Part shown: piece after piece, positions 25,648-36,692 of the stretch | Position numbering within the stretch: the first letter of the stretch is position 1 | Layout: each line of letters begins with the position of its first letter | Assembly: GCF_001194135.2 (NCBI RefSeq) | Contig: NC_068984.1 | Location: 7,630,680-7,681,085, forward strand | Length of the DNA stretch: 50,406 bases | DNA from: Octopus bimaculoides | Lineage: Eukaryota | Direction: 5' to 3' | Position numbers and translations under genes: made by a program | The notes under the pieces: generated by a model | Told to the model about the DNA's origin: nothing | The model's database searches: none | The model's input: only the letters and a program-made list of their open reading frames with translations

Positions 25648-26033
25648 GATATAAGAATTTTGAAAGAAGGGGTCTAGTCGATTATATCAACTCTAGTGCG
25701 TAACTGGTACTTATTTCATAGATCTCGAAGGATAAAAGCAAAGTCGACCTCGGCGGAATTTGAACTCAGAACATAACGGCAGACGAAATACTGCTAAGTA
25801 TTTCGCCCGGTGTGCTAACGTTTCTTATTTCTTTATTGCCCACAAGGGGCTAAATATAGAGGGGGCAAACAAGGACAGACAAAGGAATCAAGTCGATTAC
25901 ATGAACCCCAGTGCGTAACTGCTACTTATTTTATCGACCCCGAAAGGATGGAAGGCAAAGTCGACTTCGACCGAATTTGAACTCAGAACGTATCGGCAGA
26001 CGAAATACTGCTAACGATTCTGTCGGTTCGCCG
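25648..26033 (-). mobile_element. SINE-B dimer
   Basis: Same junction GCTAACGTTTCT|TATTTCTTTATTGCCCACAAGGGG (25825/25826). Confidence 0.9.
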
Positions 26034-26264
26034 GCTGCTGTATCCAAATGATAATAAACATTTCTTCCTCTCTTTATATATGGTTTATTTATGAAGACTA
26101 AAATATCAACCATAGAATTAACGTATCTTCAACTTCGTTATATGTTTCATATTATCTTCACATTTCAATATCGCTGAAATATTTATGGATAAATTACTGA
26201 CAGTGGAAACTAACTTCATTAGTGAATTATTAATATTTTCTCGATTCTTTTTGATGTTTTTCCA

Positions 26265-26635
26265 CTTCTTTCAGTCGTTAGAGTGAGGCCAGGGTGGGGC
26301 GCCGCCTTGAAGAATTTTCGTCGAAGGAAATCGACCCCAGTATATATGTTCTTAAATCTCGTAGTTATTTATTTGTTCCTTTTGCATAACCACTAATTTA
26401 CGAGAGCATAAACACACTAACACCTGTTGTCAAGAAGTTGGGGAACACACACACACACACACACACGCACACACACACACACACGCACACACACACACAT
26501 ATTAATACGACGGGCTTCTTTCAGTTTCCGTCTACCACATCCACTCTCAGGGTTTTGGTCGGCCCAATGCTATAGTAAAAGACATACGCCCAAGGTGCCA
26601 TGCAGTAGGACTGAATCCGGAATCTATGAGAACAA
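26265..26635 (-). mobile_element. SINE-A
   Basis: Tail GGGGCGCCGCCTTGAAG...AATCGACCCCAG, (CA)n, ACGACGGGCTTCTTTCAGTTTCCGTCTACC...GCAGTAGGACTGAATCC. Confidence 0.75.
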
Positions 26636-27413
26636 CCAATGCTAACTTTTATTGCTAATTCAATTAGTTTATAATGTTTCATCCAACTTAACAGAACCTT
26701 GCAATCTGCCGTTTACAAGCATCACTAATCTATTGGATAGTTGCATTCCCCTATTACTGACGGTAAGGTCAAACGGCACGCTAAAGATAACAACCGGACT
26801 TCCCTCAAATCACAGCCTATTGCTTTAGAGACGGAAAGAAAGCATTAAATAAATCGATAAATCTTACATAGACGTGAAAAGACAGGATAGTCACGGTTGA
26901 AATGCCAATGAGGACACGCTATCTTAATCAGAGCTGATTCGGGGTTAACAACAATGGCGATGCCCTGTAATAATGATAAAACACGTCGTCTTTGGCTCAT
27001 CGACCTTCTGTAAAAGTAGATAAAATGAGGAAGTACAACTCACCGAATTATTGAAAGCAATTCACTGATGATATAGATCAGTGAGGGATAATGGTTTTAC
27101 TGGTATTCCATTTATATGATCTGCGTTTCCTGAATGGTCGCCATAAAGTTTATCTGAAACATGCAGAGAAAATTAAACAATCAATAACATTCATAAATAA
27201 ATACTGTTTTTTTATTTTCATTCTTTTCCATGATTTTATAGCAAAGTCTAATAAAAATTTATTTCATTATAAACAGGCAGGAACAAAATAATTATTGTTA
27301 ATTCATTCAGCTTAGTATAGTATTTTGGTAATTTAGGAGAATATATCGCGTCGGGTGTAAGCTGAGATAAAATATGACGGATTTTTGATCGGAAAATAGT
27401 GAAAAAGTGAAAC

Positions 27414-27499
27414 GGACATAAGGCGTAGTGGTTAAGAGCACGGGCTACTAACCCCAAGATTCCGAGTTCGATTCCAGGCAGTACCTGAATAATAATAAC

Positions 27500-27531
<32 letters not shown>

Positions 27532-27556
27532 GAATAATAATAATAATAATAATAAT
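27414..27556 (+). mobile_element. tRNA-derived head followed by (TAA)n (same head as 30724-30799)
   Basis: GGCGTAGTGGTTAAG (A box) and GAGTTCGATTCC (B box), then ~68 bp of TAA repeats. T-stem does not pair, so not a real tRNA. Confidence 0.85.
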
Positions 27557-27558
27557 TG

Positions 27559-27990
27559 ACTGCGTGGCACTTTGGGCAAGTGCCTTCTACTATAGCCTCG
27601 GGCCGACCAAAGCCTTGTGAGTGGATCTGGTAGACGGAAACTGAAAGAAGNNNNNNNNNNNNNNNNNNNNNNNNNNNNNNNNNNNNNNNNNNNNNNNNNN
27701 NNNNNNNNNNNNNNNNNNNNNNNNNNNNNNNNNNNNNNNNNNNNNNATATATATATGTATGTATGAGCGTGTGCATGTTTGTGTGTCTGTGTTTGTCCCC
27801 CCAACATCGCTTGACAACCGATGCTGGTGTGTTTAGGTCCCCGTAACTTAGCGGTTCGGCAAAAGACACCGATAGAATAAGTACCAGGCTTACAAAGAAT
27901 AAGTCCTGGGGTCGATTTGCTCAACTAAAGGTGGTGCTCCAGCATGGCCACAGTCAAATGACTGAAACAAGTAAAAGAGTAAAAGAGTAT
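27559..27990 (+). mobile_element. SINE-A lacking its own head, N-gap in internal microsatellite
   Basis: Begins ACTGCGTGGCAC. Well-conserved body and tail GGTGCTCCAGCATGGCCACAGTCAAATGACTGAAACAAGTAAAAGAGTAAAAGAG. Confidence 0.9.
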
Positions 27991-27994
27991 GAGT

Positions 27995-28437
27995 ATTCCC
28001 TGCGATCATAATATAAGCGGCGAAAGAATTTGACAAGATCAGTAAATATAAAGACTTGCTAATAGAAATTGAAAAAATGTGGCACCTCAAGGCAACTGCC
28101 GTATCAGTGATTGTAGGATCTCTAGGAATGATAAAAAAAGGGTACTGAAACCTATTTGAAAATGATACCAGGCTTACCATCCCTACAGGAAGTGCAAAGA
28201 AGCGTGTTAACTGGAACGACTCATGTACTGAGAAGAGCATTATCGCTGTGAAAACAACAGCCATTTATGAATTTTTTTTTTAATACATATTTTACCTGTG
28301 AATTTGCGTGTGTAAACTGGGAATGCATACAACGAGTTTCTCTTCCCTAGGTGTACGGAAAACACTCAGCGAGAAATGGAAGAAAATTTGAAGAAAGAAG
28401 AAAAAATTAATAAATAAATAAATAATAATAATAATAA
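27995..28437 (+). mobile_element. 5'-truncated R4/Dong-clade LINE: REL C-terminus, 3' UTR and (TAA/TAAA)n tail
   Basis: PCDHNI..EFDKISKYKDLLIEIEKMWHLKATAVSVIVGSLGMIKK...LPSLQEVQRSVLTGTTHVLRRALSL*, then ~150 bp and TAATAAATAAATAAATAATAATAAT. Confidence 0.85.
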
Positions 28438-29100
28438 ATGGATAAATTCATGGAGAAAGAAATGATACAAATATTTAAGTTGGAGTACTTGCGCAGACTG
28501 AGACTGATCCTTAAGTCGAACTGAACCGAAAGGAATAAGATCGAAGCTATCAACGCCTGGGCGGTTTCATTCTTTAGATATGGAGCAGGGGGTAATTGCA
28601 TGGACAGTACACGAACTAAACAGCTTAGACAGAAAGACAAGGAAGTTGCTAACTAGATATGGGAAACTACACCCCAAATGCGACACAGACAGACCTGTAC
28701 GTACCAAGAAAAAGAGGAGGAAGGGGAGTTATTGGATACGAACACAGGATTAGAGCAAAAGAAAGCAACATAGCATGTTATGTAAAAATGCCACAGAACC
28801 GCTATTATTGGAATTAATACATACATGCACACACATGCATACGTACATACATACATACATAAATACATACATACATAAATACATACATATATACATACAT
28901 TCAACGACGGCCATCAGCTATTTTGACGAATATGTTGGGTGAGGTGGAGAGGGAAACCAACGTCAATGACCTCACGAACACATACCGAAAACCAAAATAA
29001 GCAATACTTAAGAACAATAAACTCTTTGGAAAATATTCAGCTGAACACACAAAAGAAGTGGATTTACAATTCATCGGATTATAATGGTTCTATATTTTTT
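28438..29100 (+). pseudogene. Second R4/Dong-clade fragment (RT thumb onward), interrupted by (TACA)n at ~28818-28900
   Basis: EYLRRLRLILKS...NKIEAINAWAVSFFRYGAG, LDRKTRKLLTRYGKLHPKCDTDR, YVPRKRGGRG; later NKLFGKY...EVD. Confidence 0.85.
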
Positions 29101-29354
29101 TAATCAAGATGCATACACCTGTTTCCTGAAGCGAGACGACAAATACGAGATAAGTTGATTGGAGACAATAAATTTGGAGACTTGCCAAAGAATCTGCACA
29201 ACTTCATATTCATCTCCGCCAGATCTACCGTCAAGATAAGTAAATGAAACAAGTTTCTCTTTCTTTTTTTATTTCTTTCTTTCTTTCTTTCTTTCTTTCT
29301 TTATCTATATTTTTTCTTTGTCTCAATCCCTCACTTTTTCTCTTGCAATATGTA

Positions 29355-29393
<39 letters not shown>

Positions 29394-29502
29394 GTGTGTA
29401 TGTATGTATGTGTGTGTGTGTGTGTGTGTGTGTACATATAATTGGCTACTTCACTGTCTTCCTTTCGGAATTTTTGATTCTTTATCTTCATATTCTTGTG
29501 TG

Positions 29503-29552
<50 letters not shown>

Positions 29553-29859
29553 TGTGTGCGTGCGTGTGTGTGTGTGTGTGCGTGCGCGTGCAAGTGTGTT
29601 TGTGTGTGGAGGGGCGTGTGTAAGATATAAGCCCTACTAGCGTTTCAAATCACAGTTTACTTCAGAGCTTCTCAGAAGAAAACACAAGTCAAAAATGGAA
29701 TACATATATCTATATAACTATCAGTAAACATGTATCCACACACACACACACACAGACTCAAACAAAAATATATTGTTGCTCGTGCACAGAATTGTGCTAA
29801 TGAAGTTCGCTGAGCAACCTCGTGCTTTCCGGTCCGCTGCCAGTGTGCAACCCCTGTAT

Positions 29860-30017
29860 ACAACAGATTTGTTTCAGTTTCCATCGACGAAATCCACTCA
29901 CAGTGCTTTGGTCGACTTGAGGCTATAGTAGAAGACGCTTACCCAATGTGACACATAGTCGGACTGAACCCAGAACCGTGGTGTTAGAAAGCAAGCTTCT
30001 TACTACACAGCCACACT
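29860..30017 (-). mobile_element. SINE-A 5' half
   Basis: TCAGTTTCCATCGACGAAATCCACTCACA...GGACTGAACCCAGAACC...AAGCAAGCTTCTTACTACACAGCCAC. Confidence 0.8.
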
Positions 30018-30520
30018 AACCTGAAGAAACCTGATGTATAAATATATATGCATATATGAATTCACACGCTTCATGTCTGTTCCCACAGTTTGTTATAAAT
30101 TCACGTGTTGCTATTTTTGCTCTCCGCTTCCCCTACATTGCATTTAAAACTCGGAGTACTCGAGACCAAAGGACGCAGCGTGGATACACACATGAAAAGC
30201 TATCACTAGCGCTGTGTCCTTATATGTGCGTGTCCTATATACGTATGCGTGTATATATTTATTTTAAACGACTATTGGAAATGTTGCAAGATACAACCAA
30301 AATTTTAAGGAAAATAAATAAGTAAATGAGTGGAAACTTTACCGGTGAGTGTGTTAAATAGTAAGGCATTAAAAGAGAATGACTCTCCCCAGACACTACA
30401 AAAACATAGCAAACTTAAGGGGCACGTATCCTCAGCTTTGAACGAATTCTGAATTTTTGATGTTAAGTTCGTTTGAGCAATGCTAATCAATACAGTTCTA
30501 ATATTTAAGAGATGAGGAAT

Positions 30521-30799
30521 TATGTACATTATTTACGTTATTTACATTTGACGGATATTTGTCCTCATCTAGTTTGTTGTTAACACGTTTCGGCTGATAT
30601 ATCCTCCAACCTTCATCAGGTGTCTTGGGGGAAATTTCGAACCTGGGTTCTCATTCCTAACATATTTTTTGATGTTATTATTATTATTATTATTATGATT
30701 ATTATTATTATTATTATTATTATCCAGGTCACTTCCTGTAACGGAACTCGGAATCTTGGGGTTAGTAGCCCGCGTTCTTAACCACTACGCCATATGGCC
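30521..30799 (-). mobile_element. Composite SINE-like element: tRNA head + (TAA)n + hammerhead-ribozyme-bearing tail
   Basis: Minus strand: GGCCATATGGCGTAGTGGTTAAG...GAGTTCCG (30799-30724), (TAA)n (30723-30674), then ...AAGACAC CUGAUGA A GGUUG-loop-CAGCC GAAA CGU... (30626-30579), ending in short ATGTAAATA-like repeats. Confidence 0.75.
30579..30626 (-). ncRNA. Minimal type I hammerhead ribozyme motif (family 1), this copy damaged by a 3-nt deletion near the cleavage site
   Basis: Intact CUGAUGA and GAAA cores; 5-bp stem II GGUUG/CAGCC. Sister copy at 30802-30846 supplies AAACGUU-GUGUU, which completes stem I with GACAC. Confidence 0.7.
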
Positions 30800-30801
30800 G
30801 T

Positions 30802-30846
30802 GGGTATATCAGCCAAAACGTTGTGTTAACAACAAACAAGATGAGG
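30802..30846 (+). repeat. Inverted partial copy of the hammerhead tail abutting the 5' end of the composite element
   Basis: GGGTATATCAGCCAAAACGTTGTGTTAACAACAAACAAGATGAGG is close to the reverse complement of 30562-30604. It runs into an N-gap. Confidence 0.9.
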
Positions 30847-31153
30847 NNNNNNNNNNNNNNNNNNNNNNNNNNNNNNNNNNNNNNNNNNNNNNNNNNNNNN
30901 NNNNNNNNNNNNNNNNNNNNNNNNNNNNNNNNNNNNNNNNNNNNNNNNNNNNNNNNNNNNNNNNNNNNNNNNNNNNNNNNNNNNNNNNNNNNNNNNNNNN
31001 NNNNNNNNNNNNNNNNNNNNNNNNNNNNNNNNNNNNNNNNNNNNNNNNNNNNNNNNNNNNNNNNNNNNNNNNNNNNNNNNNTGTTTGTGTGTGTTTAGAC
31101 AGAGATGTAAGTATATATGTAGCTTGCATATAAGAGAAGAAATCCATAATATA

Positions 31154-31172
31154 ACAATGATATACACATTGC

Positions 31173-31221
<49 letters not shown>

Positions 31222-31296
31222 TATAGATAGATAGATAGATAGATAGATACACAGACAGACAGACAGACTGGCAGACAGACAGGCAGACAGACAGAC

Positions 31297-31358
<62 letters not shown>
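31154..31358. repeat. (GATA)n/(GACA)n satellite
   Basis: Direct reading. Confidence 0.95.
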
Positions 31359-31359
<1 letters not shown>

Positions 31360-31629
31360 ACTCACATATTACATTTATATTTTCTATCTACCAGTCTATG
31401 CATATGATCACGTGTTTCTGGCATTTTTCAGCTCATTCAATATACATATAGTATAATAGATCCTATTGAAATACAACACAAATTCGATATTTTATTAGTA
31501 AGATCATATTTAATACAGAATTTTGCCAATTTATCTTGCAGCCTCAATCATTTCTATTCTCTGTCTTGAATTCTCTGCGTTACTCTGCACCACTCTCCTC
31601 TCCCCCTCTCTTTCTGTCTCTTTCTCTCC

Positions 31630-31714
<85 letters not shown>

Positions 31715-32019
31715 CTACTTCACCTTCAATGCTTTGTGATTTGGTTTCTTTTCTGTTTGTCTTCTATTCCATTGGCTCTGCACTATAATCTCCTGACATA
31801 CTTTAAAAGTATAAATCCTAAAATTAGCAACATCTACTACACACGCCCAGACACAGACAGACATTCTATAATGCACACGTGCTCACAATCGCACACACAC
31901 AATGCATACATTATCACATAAATACACGCACGTGAGCAGGCATACGCACACATATACCTGTACACACACACACACAGATATATATATATATATACATATG
32001 TATATATAAATAGACATAC

Positions 32020-32060
<41 letters not shown>

Positions 32061-32209
32061 NNNNNNNNNNNNNNNNNNNNNNNNNNNNNNNNNNNNNNNN
32101 NNNNNNNNNNNNNNNNNNNNNNNNNNNNNNNNNNNNNNGATGTGCATACGTGTGCGTACAGAGAGAAGAGAGAGGACGGGAGAAAAAAGAAAGAAAGAAA
32201 GAAAGAAAA

Positions 32210-32289
<80 letters not shown>

Positions 32290-33531
32290 AGGAGAGAGAG
32301 TGAGTAGTTGAGCAATGCTCAAAAACATTCTCTAACAAATATACAGTATAAATAAATAAATAAATATATAAACACAAATAATATAAAAGTATAATTATTT
32401 CCATTGAAAATTATAGGGAAATATACATTATGTTTAATTTTATAAAATTCTTTATAATTTCCCATAAATAACGTTAGATTGCCACATCTCTTTCTCTCTC
32501 CCTCTCTCACTCTCTATGTGTATATATGTGTATATACATTCATACATACATACAAACATACATACATATATATAACTGCCTGTTTATGCTTTGTGCAATG
32601 TGTATATATTTATATATATATATATATATGTGTGTGTTTATATTTATATGTGTATATGTATGTGTGTGTGTATACGTACGTATGTATTTGTGTATGTATA
32701 TTCTCAAATCTCCTTGAAATATTTGTGTATTGTCTTCTGAAAAAATGGCGGCGGGGTGGTGGAATGAAGGACAAATATAATTGTTTAATGCACTGTTTAT
32801 GCAAAACAATCGGACGTTCAAGGTTAGTTAGTCTTTGATCATAAGTTTGCCGGATCAGGAACGACCTGGTGTTAAACAAGTTTGTTTTCTTATTGACTAA
32901 CTCAAAGAAATTAAGAGAAGAGATATGGAAAGATGTGAGAAACTTTAAAGCCGTAGAGAAGCTGAGAATAAGAGTAACGGAGGAAAAAGCGGAAAACAGA
33001 TTAATAAAAATGGAGAGAGCGATGAAAAGATGGAAAGATATGAAGAAGGAGAAAAAGTGGATGTGTTACGGTGAGGACAAGAGATAGATGTGACAGAGAG
33101 CATTGATAAAATAGGAAATAAATATCTAAATAAATAAATAAGAAAAGGAAGGAAAAATCTATTTCTTGCGTTGAAATGGTTGAAAGGCCAAGTCAAGAAT
33201 AATTATTGTAGTTAAGAGAACTTCTATAGAAGAATTTCCAGTGATTTATTTCATGTGTAATAGGAACTGATTGAAGGAACAACGTTATCGGTGATGTCTA
33301 ATGTATAGGCAATCAACATTTTACATTTAGAACTGAAAAGAAATGAGCAATGTGTGCGATCAACAAGTAATTACATGACAATATCCGCACGAATCAAATT
33401 TCAATTCACTTAAGCATGGACGTCACACTTTCTTTACTTAATAAAACCCCTCTACAAGATTTCGTGGACATCCTAGAAATAGCAACCAAATCTTAGACAT
33501 CGCCCGTATTATATCAAGTGGTTTTCTGGAC

Positions 33532-33950
33532 AGGCGCAGAAGTGGCTATGCGGTAAGAAATTTGCTTCCCATACACATGGTTGCGGGTTCAGTTCCACTG
33601 CGTGGCACCTTGGCTTAGTGTCTTCTACTATAGCATCAGGGTGACCAAAGCATTGTAAACAGATTTGGTTGACGGAAACTGAAAGAAGTCAGTCGTAAAT
33701 ATATATATATATATATATATATACACGCGCGCGTGGGTGTGTGTCTTTGTCCTCCACCTACTCTTGACAATCGGTGTTAGTGTGTTGATATCCTCAAAAG
33801 TTAGCAGTTCGGCGAAAGAGAACGATAGAATAAGTACTGAGCTTTACAAAAATAAAATTACTTTGGTCGATTTTTTCGACTAAAATTTCCTCAAGGCGGT
33901 GCCCCAGCATGGCCGAAGTCTAAGAAGTGAAACAAGTGAACAAATAAATA
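33532..33950 (+). mobile_element. SINE-A, full length
   Basis: GGCGCAGAAGTGGCTATGCGGTAAG...GGGTTCAGTTCCACTGCGTGGCACC...(TA)n...GGCGGTGCCCCAGCATGGCCG...GAAACAAGT. Confidence 0.9.
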
Positions 33951-34584
33951 TCCTCGAAATAACAACCAGATCTTAGAGGGCACACTTTTATTTTTTCATC
34001 TACTAAAACCCTTCTACATAGTTTCCTCGATATCCTTGAAATAGCAGCCAAAGCCTTCTAAAATGTCATTGAAATATTTCAAAATACCAGCGATGCATTA
34101 TTAAATGCAGAGCTTATGCAATAGGGACATAATGGTTTCTTCTGGAATATCTATCGTTATAAACTTATTGATAACAGCAACTGTATCAAGTTATGCAAGT
34201 ATCTGTTATGAGTCAGGAATTCTTTATGTTAGCACAAAGCCCTGAATTGAATAAATTCCAGTATATTCTTAAAATTCTGGGTTTAGTTTCTTGACCAGAC
34301 AGTTCGTTGTCTCTTTTATTAAAGACATGCTTTCTTGTAATTTTGCTATCGTGTTCTGTTGCAATGAATGGTAACAGAGTGCAATTCTACCCAGCTCTTT
34401 TGCCTCTCAGCTGTTACATCCTGATATTACCATTGGGCCAAGGGGAAAGGAGAGCAATGACGGGACTAAATAAGTGCCTATAACGGCATAGAACATGTTA
34501 CCAAACCATATTCGCTTATGTATGCCGGCGGGCTCTACGTTTTAAATAGTAATTCCCGAACATTACAATTTCGATGTTTAGGAC

Positions 34585-34745
34585 TCATAAGGCCAGTTAT
34601 CCGGGTTTTATGGTGTATATGAGACCGACATTACAACGTACCCCTGTACGGGACGCTAGTCGCTCACAGGGTTACTCTACAGCTAAATGGACAAGAGCAA
34701 CTTAAAATAAGTTGTTTTGTTCAAGAATACTCTACATCACCCAGT
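34585..34745 (-). mobile_element. CORE-like SINE fragment (related piece at ~8950-9025)
   Basis: Minus strand GTATTCTTGAACAAAACAACTTATTT...AACCCTGTGAGCGACTAGCGTCCCGTACAGGGG...AAAACCCGGATAACTGGCC. Confidence 0.5.
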
Positions 34746-35388
34746 TTAAATCCCCAAATTCAAGTACCTATATCTAAACTGGTTTCCTTTCTCCTCCTCC
34801 TCCTTTCTTAACTTTAAACAAACGCATAGATACTCATAGGGGAAAGGGAGCGGAAGAAAAGATGAAGTGAAATAATCGATATTTTCTCCACTGATTGGCT
34901 ATTGGAAAAACACAAGGGAGCCATCTTGTAGAAAATATTAACGCCGACCATCCATCATCAAGTACACACTGAAGTTCTATTGATACTATAATATACACTT
35001 GCTACGGGTCAATTTGAATTGATAACATTTTTATCGCTAAATTCGCCTATTCTGTAAAGGAATCGATTATCTCAATAAAATGATTACCGAAATCGATCCT
35101 CGTGCCATTCATTGATCGGTCAGTTCAAATGATCAACTTCACTACTTCTCAAGTTTATCGTTTTCTGAGATCACCTGATTCGGTTTATTGTCTGCTTCCG
35201 ATATAAGAGTCTGTTAGGCTTGAATGGAAATTCTAAATTGTAGTCGAAATTTGTTGAATGTGAAAATGTGTCAAAAATGAAGATTTTAACACCAGAAACA
35301 ATTACCGATTTAAATGCGAGGCTCGTCTATATATATANNNNNNNNNNAACCAGGGCTGTGTTTAATATAGAACATTTATAAATCGAAT

Positions 35389-35438
35389 GTCTTACAGCTG
35401 TTTCCAGGATATTTATTATATCCCTTCATCGGAGAGGG
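35389..35438 (-). ncRNA. Minimal type I hammerhead-like motif (family 2, U4C core variant)
   Basis: Minus strand: CUCU CCGAUGA A GGGAUAU-AAUAA-AUAUCCU G GAAA CAGCUGU A AGAC. 7-bp stem II, palindromic stem III ACAGCUGU, GUA cleavage triplet. Confidence 0.65.
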
Positions 35439-36250
35439 TGTGAGAGGATGATTAAGCAATAGTTAGTTTAGTTAAGATAGGAAATAGAGAGTGAATGTAG
35501 GGATATTGTATTTGTAAATCCATTGTTTAGGCAAAATGGTATACATATAAGATTCCAATACCTTGTGAGTAAGATCCAATTGTTTTTAAGATTGGTCGTT
35601 GGCTTTGTAAATCCATTATGGTCACTTTGAACAGAACCCTTGATTCAATAACACTGTGTATAAACTCTGTATTTGGAATGACCAATTTCAAAGACTGTTG
35701 GACTTTACTCATAGGGTACTGGAATCTTAATAGACTGAATCTTAGAGACTGAAGATGGAAACGTATCACCAGTATCAAAGCATAAAAAGCATTCTAAACG
35801 CTCTGAAATCGTCAGAACACCTGAATTTATCCAGCAAGTTCAACAGACCATTGATTACAAAGCCAGAAAGTCCATGGGGTCAATTGTAAAAGACCTCCAT
35901 GTGTCAGGAGGAACAGTCGGAAATATTGTCCACGAAGGCATCAGATGTAAGTTTTATATGATGAGGAAAGGTCAATTAGTCCGAAAAAAACAAAAGAAAA
36001 TCATTTAATCAGATCTAAAAGGCTCTTGAACAAATTGAAAAATCCAGCTGAAGATTTGATTTCTTTCTTCTCAAACGATAGAAAGATCAAAAAGTTAACA
36101 AAAGAAATGACAGATGATTGCGTGGAGATGTTTCTGAAGTTCCAAGTCTTATGTATACAAAATTTCCTGAAACTGTCATGGATTTAGGGGTTGTCAGCAC
36201 TGAAGGACATGTGATACCTCCTTATTTCTTTCCACAAAGCCTTAGAGTTA

Positions 36251-36325
36251 AATCTTCCTCACGGTGGTGCACCAGCATGACCGCAGCCACTTGGCTGAAA
36301 CACATAAATAAATAAATAAATAATA
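36251..36325 (+). mobile_element. SINE-A 3' tail inserted in the transposase
   Basis: GGTGGTGCACCAGCATGACCGCAGCCACTTGGCTGAAAC + (TAAA)n interrupts the reading between QSLRV and YIEALE. Confidence 0.8.
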
Positions 36326-36630
36326 CATTGAAGCCCTGGAAATAATTGTTAAGCCCTGGATAGACAGTGTCTACAATGGAAGGCCATATGTGTTACAGTA
36401 AGACTGAACTATCACACGGTAATGGATGTCTGAAAGTTTTCGTGATCATATAAACCCTAACGTTTTGCTTCCTAATTCCCCAAATCTCAATTCATTAGAC
36501 TATTACCTGTGGAGTGTTGTTGAGAGGCAGATCAATGAACACGCCCATAACACGAAAGATTCTATGAAAACTGCTATAGTCAGAGAAATGTCCAGAATGA
36601 ACCAGGATTATTTGATTCGAGCATGTAGAT

Positions 36631-36692
36631 AACTTTAACCCTCCATAAATCCCAAATTTTATTTTGGTACTTATATGAGCAACTGTCTTCGA
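36631..36692. repeat. 62-bp segment inside the transposase, near-identical to 36976-37037
   Basis: AACTTT(A/G)ACCCT..ATAAATCCCAAATTTTATTTTGGTACTTATA(T/G)GAGCAACTGTCTTCGA at both sites. Confidence 0.9.

Noticed and set aside
27414-27490. Possible tRNA gene
   Set aside because: A and B boxes are present but the T-stem and acceptor stem do not pair, and it is followed by (TAA)n: a SINE head.
32869-33087. Lys/Glu/Arg-rich 72-aa ORF
   Set aside because: Explained by purine-rich low-complexity sequence; no domain recognised.
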